From positions 1-55,807 of IMG/VR virus record IMGVR_UViG_3300030329_001543: a DNA stretch of 55,807 nucleotides. One strand, given 5' to 3'. The translations under genes were made by a program, and so were the position numbers. The stretch comes from a virus. Taxonomy: Duplodnaviria; Caudoviricetes. The stretch's first letter is position 1. Each line of letters begins with the position of its first letter. This document shows, piece by piece, positions 47,563 through 55,807 of this stretch. The notes beneath the pieces are model-generated. The model searched no databases, was not told the origin of the DNA, and saw nothing but the letters and a program-made list of their open reading frames with translations.

Positions 47563-49158
47563 ATGGCTGATTATTTTGGCGTCTCTGATGTCTCCAGTTT
47601 AACTGAAAGTACCGCGGGTATAGTAGACCCAGGTGGTTCTTTAAGTACTGGTGACCTTCGGAGAAAATATAACTTTGGCGATAGAGTTAGTGAGTTAGCG
47701 ATTGCACAAGACCCATTTTTTCGTTTTGTATCAAAATTAGCTAAAAAACCAACTGATGACCCTCAGTTTAAATTCACAGAAAGAAGACCTTCTTATCATA
47801 AGCGATATGCGTATGTAACTGCACATGGGACAACTCAAGGTGGGTTGGCTTCATCAGATGCTACAGTTACTCAAAGCAACGTAGAAGAAGGCGACACTTA
47901 CTGGGTAAGAATGATGAGTGATTACAAGAACGATGGTAATATCGGTCAAGTATATGGCTCTTCAACTTCTTTACGAGTAGGTGATAATGGTACTAGACCT
48001 AACTTCTTTCTACCAGGTATGATGGTTAAAATTCCTCTACAAACAACAAACACAAATGCGGCTACAGCTGCTAATGCGTTTTTAGTAGACGATTACATCG
48101 TAGGTAGAATAGAAGCTGCAAATCTTCAATCTGAAGGTTCAACTTCAGCTACAGCTAATTCAGTTGAGTTGAAATTAACTATTGTAAGAACTTGTTCTGC
48201 TAATAGTGAACTTTCTGGTTGGGGTGCTGGTACAACCGCTCAAAAAGACCTCTCTGCAAATACTGATGATGTTTCAGCTGCTGAATGGAAAAATTTTACC
48301 GTTCAACAACTTGAAACAGCTCGTTGTTATGTAGTTGGTAATTCTTGGGGACAAGGAAGTGGATACCCAGAAACTTGGAAAGATAATCCTTTCTCAACAG
48401 GAAGTGGTTTAACTCAAATTTGGAAAACATCTATGGCGATGGATAACACAACTCGTGCGACTGTCCTAAAGTATGAACCAAATGAGTTTGCAAGAATCTG
48501 GCGTGAAAAGTTGATTGAACACAAATGGGATATTGAAACATCTCTATTGTTTGGAAATCAATATACAGACGCAGCAGGTATTCAATACACTCAAGGTGGA
48601 GTTGATTATGTATTAAGTTATGGAAATCAGTTTGGTTTAACTTTATCAAGTAAAACTCAAGATGATTTTCTTGACGATTTATCTCAATTCCTAGACCCAC
48701 GATACAATAACTCAGCAGCTACAATGTTCTTCTGTTCTACAGAAGTATTTAACTGGTTGCATAAGTTAAGTGGATATTTCGCTAACAATGTTGGTATGGT
48801 AAAGCCAGGGGCTTCTTCACCTGATTCTTCAGGTAATTCCTATGGTAGAGCTAATATCGATATGGTTGGTAAAAAGAAAGCCTTCGGAGTTGATATTACA
48901 GTTATTTCTACACCTTATGGTGATATGAATGTAGCTCGTAACGTTCACTTAGATGGTTCTCCAGTTAAGATATTTGCTTGTAACATGAGGCATTGTCATT
49001 ATCGACCATTAGTTGGTAATGGATTGAATCGTGATACTGCAGTGTATGTAGGAGTTCAAACTCTAGAGAACAGTGGTGTTGACCGAAGGGTTGACTTAAT
49101 TCAAACAGAAGCGGGGATGGAATGGTCAATGCCAGAAGCCCACGCTGTCTGGACTTAA
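47563..49158 (+). CDS. Major capsid protein (HK97 fold, DUF5309/SU10-like)
   Basis: DPFFRF, TQIWKT, KLIEHKWDIE.SLLFG, TPYGDM, TEAGME. Follows the scaffold and precedes a stable hairpin. Confidence 0.88.
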   Translation: MADYFGVSDVSSLTESTAGIVDPGGSLSTGDLRRKYNFGDRVSELAIAQDPFFRFVSKLAKKPTDDPQFKFTERRPSYHKRYAYVTAHGTTQGGLASSDATVTQSNVEEGDTYWVRMMSDYKNDGNIGQVYGSSTSLRVGDNGTRPNFFLPGMMVKIPLQTTNTNAATAANAFLVDDYIVGRIEAANLQSEGSTSATANSVELKLTIVRTCSANSELSGWGAGTTAQKDLSANTDDVSAAEWKNFTVQQLETARCYVVGNSWGQGSGYPETWKDNPFSTGSGLTQIWKTSMAMDNTTRATVLKYEPNEFARIWREKLIEHKWDIETSLLFGNQYTDAAGIQYTQGGVDYVLSYGNQFGLTLSSKTQDDFLDDLSQFLDPRYNNSAATMFFCSTEVFNWLHKLSGYFANNVGMVKPGASSPDSSGNSYGRANIDMVGKKKAFGVDITVISTPYGDMNVARNVHLDGSPVKIFACNMRHCHYRPLVGNGLNRDTAVYVGVQTLENSGVDRRVDLIQTEAGMEWSMPEAHAVWT

Positions 49159-49169
49159 GGAGGTTATAA

Positions 49170-49667
49170 ATGGCTAATCCAATGTACGGACAAAATAAGT
49201 TTGATGACTCTGTTGATGGTAAGATTGGCATCGTTGAACATGTCAAGCCTGCCGCTGACGGCACTGTTGCATCTCCAACTAAAACATTAGTAAAAGGTGA
49301 CGCAGGTAATTACTACATAGTAGATATATCTGCGAACACAGCTGCTTTTGTTTTACCATCAGCTGCCTTAGCTAAAGGCGCAATTTTTACATTCATATTG
49401 GGTGTTGAAAGTGACGCTGAAGGCACAAAGGACTTAATAATCGCAAGTGCAGCGGCTACTGAGTTCTTAATGGGTGTTGGAATTGATGCTGGAGTTGTTC
49501 ACGACCAACAATCTGATGATGACCAAATAACTATTGACACATCTGCTGGAGCAGCAGGGGCTGGCGATAGAATACAGGTATTGTGTGATGGACATCATTG
49601 GTATGTTTTAGACGCATCAGCTTTATCAGGTGGTGCTTTTGTATCTGGAACAGCATCAAGGTCTTAG
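49170..49667 (+). CDS. Capsid decoration/auxiliary protein (putative)
   Basis: Strong GGAGG RBS directly after MCP. LPSA...G..FTF and GD.I...CDG..WYV beta motifs. Confidence 0.6.
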   Translation: MANPMYGQNKFDDSVDGKIGIVEHVKPAADGTVASPTKTLVKGDAGNYYIVDISANTAAFVLPSAALAKGAIFTFILGVESDAEGTKDLIIASAAATEFLMGVGIDAGVVHDQQSDDDQITIDTSAGAAGAGDRIQVLCDGHHWYVLDASALSGGAFVSGTASRS

Positions 49668-49688
49668 AGTTAATCTAAACGACAAATA

Positions 49689-49718
49689 ATATGTGGGGGT
49701 CTTCGGGCCCCCATGTAT
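49689..49718 (+). terminator. Stable cUUCGg hairpin after the capsid genes (terminator or 3' stabiliser; lacks a U tract)
   Basis: ATATGTGGGGGTC-TTCG-GGCCCCCATGTAT, with G:U pairs on the plus strand. Confidence 0.65.
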
Positions 49719-49732
49719 AAAAAAGAAATTAT

Positions 49733-51325
49733 ATGGCAACAACAAACATAGAATTAGATATAGAAAACATAACTGGAGTCTCGGACGCTGATAACCAGTT
49801 TATAATATCTGCACAAAAATTTGTAGTAGCTAGCGTTCCAAAAAATTTATTAAAATTTGCACAAAAAGCTTCATCCGCTTCTACTGACGGAAGCGCTATA
49901 ACATTTTCAGTAAATGATTCAATACTAGATGTACAAAGAAATGGTTATAGTTGTAAGGAAATACCAATGTCTGATGCTATATGGGCATTAGATTCTACAA
50001 GTTTAAAATATGCAACTGCTAAACATCCAGTTTGGTATCATAAGCAAGGAGCTGTTCATTTTGCACCAGTAACTGATGGAAGTAATGCAGGGTATGTTTT
50101 TTATATAGATTATAGTAAAATAGATGATGATTGTGATTTAAGAAATGCAGTTATTTTTCACGCAGCTTCTAGTGAATTTTCAAAATTGGCAAGTTCTAAA
50201 GTTGCAAGTTGGTCTTCTATATCTACTCCAATAGCTCCTACTTTATCTGATAGTTCAATTACATTTAATTCTGTAGTTCCAATATTTACTAAACCAACAA
50301 GAAGCGCTTCTACAGTTTTTAATGATTATTGGACTTTAGGAGATTTTGGAGACTCAGACCCAGATGAATTAAACATAACAGCTGTTCCTCCAACTATTCC
50401 AACTATTCCTAGTTTTACAACTCCAGATATAGCAAGTACAACAATTTCAAACGCAGGAGTTCCACCTGTTTATACAGCTCCAAATGTTACTGGTGATGGA
50501 ACGGAAATGACATCTGTATCTATACTTGACGCTGATAACACTATAGATACACACGCTGACCAGATTGAATTTGACCAATGGTGGTCTACAGCTACTCATT
50601 TAATAGAAGGTGAAGAAGATATTGAATTAGCGGGAGCTACATTACAAAAAATATCTACTTATATTAATGCATACACACAAGCTATGCAAAATAAATTAAA
50701 TCAGTTTAATGAAGCAAATGTTCAATACCAAGCTGAATTACAAAAAGGTATTCAACAAGCTCAAATAAATGCAAATGAAGCTCAGCAAGAAGCTAACTTG
50801 AAATTACAAAAAGAGAATCAAGAATATGTTGTTAAGATGCAGAGATACAATGGAGAATTGAGCACATATCAAGCTGATGTTAATAAACAAGTCCAAGAAT
50901 ATGTTCAGAATATGGCAAGGTATAATTTAGAATTAAACACAGTGTATCAATCTTGGGTAAAAAGTGAAAGTGATAAAATAGAAATATATAAAAGCGATAT
51001 ACAAAATGAATCTGCTGTATTTAATCGAAATAATGCACAATATCAGGCTGAATTACAAGTAGCAATACAAGAAGCTCAATTGATTTCTCAAGACGATGCT
51101 CAAAAGCTTCAAAAATATAGTAACGATATTCAAGAATATCAAAATAAGATTAATGAAGAAGTTCAAAAATTAACTGCATCTAATAAAGACTCAATGTTTT
51201 ATGCAAATGAATCGAAAAAATATTACGAATGGTCTCAATTAGAAATAAATTCTTATATTAAAAATAATTCTAAAATGATTGGATTATCTATGCAGGCTAA
51301 TCAACAATCACAACAACAAGGATAA
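49733..51325 (+). CDS. Virion structural protein with long Q-rich coiled coil
   Basis: Located in the structural block. Internal repeat QYQAELQxxIQxAQ. Confidence 0.55.
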   Translation: MATTNIELDIENITGVSDADNQFIISAQKFVVASVPKNLLKFAQKASSASTDGSAITFSVNDSILDVQRNGYSCKEIPMSDAIWALDSTSLKYATAKHPVWYHKQGAVHFAPVTDGSNAGYVFYIDYSKIDDDCDLRNAVIFHAASSEFSKLASSKVASWSSISTPIAPTLSDSSITFNSVVPIFTKPTRSASTVFNDYWTLGDFGDSDPDELNITAVPPTIPTIPSFTTPDIASTTISNAGVPPVYTAPNVTGDGTEMTSVSILDADNTIDTHADQIEFDQWWSTATHLIEGEEDIELAGATLQKISTYINAYTQAMQNKLNQFNEANVQYQAELQKGIQQAQINANEAQQEANLKLQKENQEYVVKMQRYNGELSTYQADVNKQVQEYVQNMARYNLELNTVYQSWVKSESDKIEIYKSDIQNESAVFNRNNAQYQAELQVAIQEAQLISQDDAQKLQKYSNDIQEYQNKINEEVQKLTASNKDSMFYANESKKYYEWSQLEINSYIKNNSKMIGLSMQANQQSQQQG

Positions 51326-51328
51326 ATT

Positions 51329-51880
51329 ATGGCAGATAAAGCAAGAGGAGCGGTATCAATGACTCCAATTATAACAATAGCTGCCGATGAAGATGCTGAT
51401 GCAGTAGACGCTATCCATCACGATTTTAAAAGTTCTTTAGGTGGGAAATTAGAAGTAGATACTTCATCTGGATTTACAGCGGTAAAATGGTGGGGTGGTG
51501 AATTTTTAGTAAGCACTACGAGTAGAGATTTAGTTACAGGGCATACAACTGGTACATTTTATGGTTCAGATGCGGTAGTAGGAGATTTTACTGAAGGGAC
51601 AGCTGTGGTAACTACAGACCAAGTAAAAATGATATGCGTAGAAAATTTAGGTTATTCAGATGTAACTAAAGCTACAGTTTCGACTGCAAATATATATATA
51701 CATATTTCAGGTGGTAATGCAGCTTCAGATGCCGATGTATTATGTGTTGGGGCTAATGAAGCTATAGTTTTAAAATTTAAACCTGGCGATGCTGGTATAG
51801 ATATTGCAAATTTACATGCTGCCTCAAGCAGTGGTAATATTTTAGTAAAAGTTTGCGCATTAGTAGATGATGGAGTTTAA
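51329..51880 (+). CDS. Virion structural protein
   Basis: Beta-rich, structural block. Confidence 0.5.
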   Translation: MADKARGAVSMTPIITIAADEDADAVDAIHHDFKSSLGGKLEVDTSSGFTAVKWWGGEFLVSTTSRDLVTGHTTGTFYGSDAVVGDFTEGTAVVTTDQVKMICVENLGYSDVTKATVSTANIYIHISGGNAASDADVLCVGANEAIVLKFKPGDAGIDIANLHAASSSGNILVKVCALVDDGV

Positions 51881-51883
51881 TAT

Positions 51884-52174
51884 ATGACAGTGCAAGAAAT
51901 AATGGAAAGAAGTGGTATGGATAATACTACATTAACTATTGCTTGGATAAAAGATGCAATTCATTTAATACAATCTAATAGTAAAGAAAAAATAAAAACT
52001 GTTAAAAGAGATGTTATTAAAGGAGTGGATGGAGATGATAATGTATATCAAGCACCAGGTGATATGATTGCATTGAAAAATATAAGCATTAAAGATACAA
52101 GTGATGGTAAATATAAAAAAATTAGAAGATTAACAAGTCAGCCTCATTATTTAATTGAAGACACATCTCCATGA
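51884..52174 (+). CDS. Head-tail adaptor-like protein, small
   Basis: MTVQEIMER...WIKDA...Y.APGD N-terminal pattern of podophage adaptor proteins. Confidence 0.45.
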   Translation: MTVQEIMERSGMDNTTLTIAWIKDAIHLIQSNSKEKIKTVKRDVIKGVDGDDNVYQAPGDMIALKNISIKDTSDGKYKKIRRLTSQPHYLIEDTSP

Positions 52175-53127
52175 GTAGCTATGTAGATAGAGAATGGTTT
52201 TATTTTTTAAAAGGAAGGGAAATTCTTTTATATAAATTATTAGGCGGCTCTACTAGTGAAAGAATTACACAAGCTGGAGTATTTAAAACACAACAAAATG
52301 AATTAATATATCCAGATGAAGATATTGCAGATGGATTAAGAATTGAATATACTGCTCTTAATGAGCCATTTGTAAAAGAGGCATTAGAAACATCAAATGC
52401 GTACACATCTGGAACTTCTATTGTTTTTCAAGATGCATCTACTGATTTTTATGAAGGTGATTCTGATACTAATTTTACAGCTAGTTCAAAAACAATTACT
52501 TTTCCAAGTTCAAGCGGAGAACCTACAAGAATAAATGCAACAAATAATTTTTATGTAGGACAAACTATTACAATAGCTGGATGTAGTAATGGGACTAATA
52601 ATGGAGGAAAGACTGTAGCTTCTGTTCCTTCTTCTACTACTATAACAGTTAGTGAATCTTTAGCTGATGAAACTGGGGCAAGCGCTTTAATAAATAGTAC
52701 AACTGGAGCTATTTTAGGAGGTTCGGCTGGAACTAATACATTTACAGATTTTGCAGCTAATGATAAAATAAAAGTTCAAGGAACTGCTAATAATGATACT
52801 GATTATACAATATCTTCTATTTCTTCAAATGGAGATGCTTTAATTGTTTCATCTGTTCCTTCTGCAAATGAATCTGGGCAAAGAGTTTCTATTACTCAAA
52901 TATCAGTAGAAGATTCTTCTCCTAGTGAAACATCCCATGCTAATCTTAATAAAATGTTGAGTTTAGCATTAGTAGATTATATTAAAGCTATGAAAGCTGA
53001 TGAAGCAGGAGATTTAGAGAGAAAAGAATACTATATGAAAGAATTTTGGGGTAAGTTAGGTGACAATGAAAGCAACAAAAGAAATATTTCAATGACATTC
53101 CCTAATGGCCCGTTTGCTATTAGATAA
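52171..53127 (+). CDS. Head-tail adaptor/tail protein
   Basis: LRIEY..., inserted beta domains, C-terminal ALVDYIKA...YYMKEF helix. Confidence 0.5.
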   Translation: MSSYVDREWFYFLKGREILLYKLLGGSTSERITQAGVFKTQQNELIYPDEDIADGLRIEYTALNEPFVKEALETSNAYTSGTSIVFQDASTDFYEGDSDTNFTASSKTITFPSSSGEPTRINATNNFYVGQTITIAGCSNGTNNGGKTVASVPSSTTITVSESLADETGASALINSTTGAILGGSAGTNTFTDFAANDKIKVQGTANNDTDYTISSISSNGDALIVSSVPSANESGQRVSITQISVEDSSPSETSHANLNKMLSLALVDYIKAMKADEAGDLERKEYYMKEFWGKLGDNESNKRNISMTFPNGPFAIR

Positions 53128-53185
53128 AAAATAAACATATGCCCATGAGAGTTGCCAAGCTCGGTAAGGCATAAAAGGAGACAAG

Positions 53186-53491
53186 ATGGCTAAAGGACTT
53201 CAAAGTTGGAGCGTAAAAGAGCAAGGTGCTCCAATCACATCGGCAGAAATTAAAGATGGTAACGGAACATCAACTGTATCATTCTCAAGTACAACAAGAG
53301 CTATGATGGGAGTTGTAGTTCCTTCTGGTACAGAAATTTTAACATTAACATTGGCAAGTGGAGAAACAATAGCAATACCTGGAGCTGCTGTATCAGCTAT
53401 ATTTGCCCCAGGCGCAATAGTTCCATTTGCTTGTGATTCATTTGTTTTCGCAGGTTCTGAAACTGCATTTAAAGTTATTGGATTATTTTAG
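53186..53491 (+). CDS. Small structural protein
   Basis: AAGGAG RBS, beta-rich, precedes the fibre. Confidence 0.5.
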   Translation: MAKGLQSWSVKEQGAPITSAEIKDGNGTSTVSFSSTTRAMMGVVVPSGTEILTLTLASGETIAIPGAAVSAIFAPGAIVPFACDSFVFAGSETAFKVIGLF

Positions 53492-53501
53492 GAGGTAATG
53501 A

Positions 53502-55807
53502 ATGAGATTTACTAGAAGTGCCCCATTAACTGGTGGTGGTACAATTAATGGCGACCTTACCATAACTGGTGATTTAACTGTACAAGGCGATGGAGCAGGT
53601 AATTATGATGAAATAGTAGAGGGTAATTTAGTTTTAACTTCTGGAAGTAAACTCGGAGTGGGAATAGGAGATGCAACTCCTTCAGCACCTGTTCATGTGT
53701 CAATAGCGGCTCAAGATGGCGTAAGCTCTCCTCTAGAAGCATTAAGACTTGAAGTTTCTGAATCATTTGGAAATGTTGATGTAGGCAGTAATCAGGGCCC
53801 AGCTATTGATTTTTATGTTCCTGTTGATTCTAATACATCACAAATAGGTGGTCGTATTGCTGTTGGTCACGAAAATGGAACTGATACAGATAGTGCGGCT
53901 AAACTAACATTTACAACAGCTCCAGATGGAGCTTCTTTAAATGCTAGTCCAGCAATCACTATTTCCTCAACTGGAAATGTTGGTATTGGAATTTCGCCAT
54001 TAGCTGTTTTCCATGCAAAAATGGCTTCCAATGTTAATTTTACAACTACTGCTAATAGCTCATCTTTAAGATTAAATGCAGTAAATGATGCCGTAGATGC
54101 GACTATTCAATTAGAAATAAATTCAACAGATACAAAGTTTCTTTCACCTGTAACGATTGATGCAAATGCTACTGATGGAACAGCTTTAACAATAGACTCA
54201 GAAGCACAAGATGGTCAAGGCATCTATATGGATGTTTCCCAACAAACAACTGGGTATGGAATTAATATAGCTGATACTGGTACAAGTAGAACTACTGGTG
54301 GAATAATATATATTAATTCTAATCAGAATAATAGTGGGACAAGAAATTTAGTTGATATAATAAATAATCACGAAGGTGCTACAGGTGCGACTGGTTTAAA
54401 AATTCAACAAGACAGCTCAAGCTACGCTATGCACATATCAAACCCTACAAATACCACAAATTTTGGGAATGGGTTAATTATAGCAACTCAAGATGAAAAC
54501 ACTACATCTTATCCATTGTTTATTAAAACCAATAGTTCAGATGCGGATGAAAGTGCTGGTAACTCAAGATTTGTTGTTCGTGCAGATGGTAAGGTTGGTA
54601 TTAATGAAATAAATCCCGCTGCAAAGCTTCAAATTACTGGTGGTTCTTATAATGACAGTTTAATAATTAAAGGTGTTAGCTCAAATAGCGGTATTCAATT
54701 TGTAGATAGTGGTGGAAATACAGATGGTTTTGCATATGCAGAAAATGGTCAAATAGGTTTCTTAGACCCAGGTGGTGATTGGATGATAAACGCTAAAGAT
54801 GATGATTTTATACGATTTGCAATAGGAGCTAATTCTGAAAAAATGAGAATAGACAGCTCTGGTAATGTCGGTATAGGCACAGCAAGTCCTTCAGCTAAGT
54901 TGCAAATTGAAGAGTCTACTAATGGAGCAGATATTCAATTTAATATGAGGGCATTAAATGATGGTGGTACTGGTAGGACTACTGCTATAAAGTTTGACCC
55001 AGATGCAAGAAAAATGCACTTTGGTGAAGATTTTACTAATTTAATTTTAGATACAAGTAATGTTAGAGTCGGTATTGGCGAAACACCATCTTATAAACTT
55101 GACGTAAATCATGGTGGTGTAAGTTCTTCAGACCAAGTAATAGCAAGATTTATGGCAGAATCATCAAGGCAGTTAGGTTTAGTTTGGGATGACTCTGCAA
55201 GTACACTTGGGTTGGCAACTTTGACTTCACATAATTTAGTTTTTCATACTGGTGGTAATAGCAATCCTCGTATGACCATAGATACATCTGGAAATGTTTC
55301 TGCTGGAACTACAGCAACTTATGGAAATTTAACAGTAGGTGGAACAGGTGAAATAATTGCTGGTAGAGCATCAAGTGGTGCAGGTTCTTTTTCAATGTAT
55401 GAAGCTGGAACTACAAGATTTGTAATAGAAAGTTTAAACGGTAGTAATGGAGTAGCTTTTAAAACTCCATCAACAGCCAGAATGATACTTGATGACAATT
55501 CCAGAATTTCACTAAGTAATAATGATGATGGTTCTAATAATACAATATTTGGTAAAAATGCGGGTGACTCAGATGGAGCGGGTGACCAAAATGTATTTAT
55601 TGGGGAATTGGCTGGAGGAACTGGTACTCAAACTGATGCCTCAGATGGCAACACAGGTATAGGATATAATTCTTTGACTGCCCTGACTTCTGGACAACAG
55701 AACACAGCTATTGGTGGAAACTCGGCTGATGCTGTTACTACAGGAAATCATAATACAGCAATCGGATACGAATCTCTTTCTACTGCAACGGTTACTGCTG
55801 GTCAAGA
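53502..55807 (+). CDS. Tail fibre, N-terminal part (open to the window end; joins position 1 at 55565)
   Basis: GGAGG RBS, ATG 53502, MRFTRSAPLTGGGTINGDLTITGDL, repeated (R)IDSSGNVGIGTASP-type units. Same frame as ORF 44..1714 across the overlap. Absent from the ORF track because it has no stop in the window. Confidence 0.85.
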   Translation, partial: MRFTRSAPLTGGGTINGDLTITGDLTVQGDGAGNYDEIVEGNLVLTSGSKLGVGIGDATPSAPVHVSIAAQDGVSSPLEALRLEVSESFGNVDVGSNQGPAIDFYVPVDSNTSQIGGRIAVGHENGTDTDSAAKLTFTTAPDGASLNASPAITISSTGNVGIGISPLAVFHAKMASNVNFTTTANSSSLRLNAVNDAVDATIQLEINSTDTKFLSPVTIDANATDGTALTIDSEAQDGQGIYMDVSQQTTGYGINIADTGTSRTTGGIIYINSNQNNSGTRNLVDIINNHEGATGATGLKIQQDSSSYAMHISNPTNTTNFGNGLIIATQDENTTSYPLFIKTNSSDADESAGNSRFVVRADGKVGINEINPAAKLQITGGSYNDSLIIKGVSSNSGIQFVDSGGNTDGFAYAENGQIGFLDPGGDWMINAKDDDFIRFAIGANSEKMRIDSSGNVGIGTASPSAKLQIEESTNGADIQFNMRALNDGGTGRTTAIKFDPDARKMHFGEDFTNLILDTSNVRVGIGETPSYKLDVNHGGVSSSDQVIARFMAESSRQLGLVWDDSASTLGLATLTSHNLVFHTGGNSNPRMTIDTSGNVSAGTTATYGNLTVGGTGEIIAGRASSGAGSFSMYEAGTTRFVIESLNGSNGVAFKTPSTARMILDDNSRISLSNNDDGSNNTIFGKNAGDSDGAGDQNVFIGELAGGTGTQTDASDGNTGIGYNSLTALTSGQQNTAIGGNSADAVTTGNHNTAIGYESLSTATVTAGQ

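Noticed and set aside
679-53766. Short antisense or out-of-frame ORFs in the track (e.g. 679-984, 12597-12797, 28319-28630, 42509-43410, 53557-53766)
   Set aside because: They are shadows of well-supported genes, lack an RBS, and oppose the two-block strand organisation.
55565-55640. Biological direct terminal repeat
   Set aside because: It falls mid-gene and has k-mer-like length, so it is best explained as an assembly overlap. True ends cannot be determined here.
55641-55731. Diversity-generating retroelement (TR/VR pair) in the tail fibre
   Set aside because: The differences are not adenine-specific (g/t, t/c, g/t, c/a, a/c, t/g, c/a) and are mostly synonymous. No reverse transcriptase motif is visible in the genome.

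Overview
This window is an apparently complete, circularly permuted, AT-rich dsDNA phage genome of about 55,564 bp. The end (55565-55640) repeats the start (1-76) inside the tail-fibre gene. The architecture is podovirus-like and resembles uncultured marine phages. There are two divergent blocks. The minus-strand early/replication block (about 39.3 kb down to 26.6 kb) holds small hypotheticals, an HTH protein, a ParB-like protein, a PD-(D/E)XK exonuclease, a Rad52/Sak annealase, an SSB, a DUF932-like protein, a D12-class adenine methyltransferase, a DnaB helicase and a RuvC-like resolvase. I see no DNA polymerase, primase or integrase. The plus-strand late block (39.5 kb through the window junction to 26.56 kb) holds TerS, a phosphoesterase, a thermonuclease, TerL, an M15 endolysin, a P22-like portal, scaffold, major capsid protein, tail/adaptor genes, a ~1258-aa tail fibre, small lysis-type membrane proteins, a nozzle protein and a five-gene ejection cassette. 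Main finding: the 3663-aa ejection-cassette protein carries, in the correct order, the motifs of a single-chain two-barrel (double-psi beta-barrel) RNA polymerase (DG..K..K, RxP..ADHDGD, GxxxN, AVDxxK). It also has a zincin HExxH domain and a KOW-like motif. This suggests a virion-packaged RNA polymerase of the crAss/QDE-1-like class in a small phage whose gene content does not look crAss-like. Other notable signals are a set of intergenic early-region RNA hairpins with strand-specific G:U pairs (several exposing anti-Shine-Dalgarno loops), a predicted H-type pseudoknot, apparent genome-wide GATC avoidance despite a Dam-family methyltransferase, and two alleles of the tail fibre at the contig ends. 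All calls are by eye from motifs and synteny; no database searches were run.
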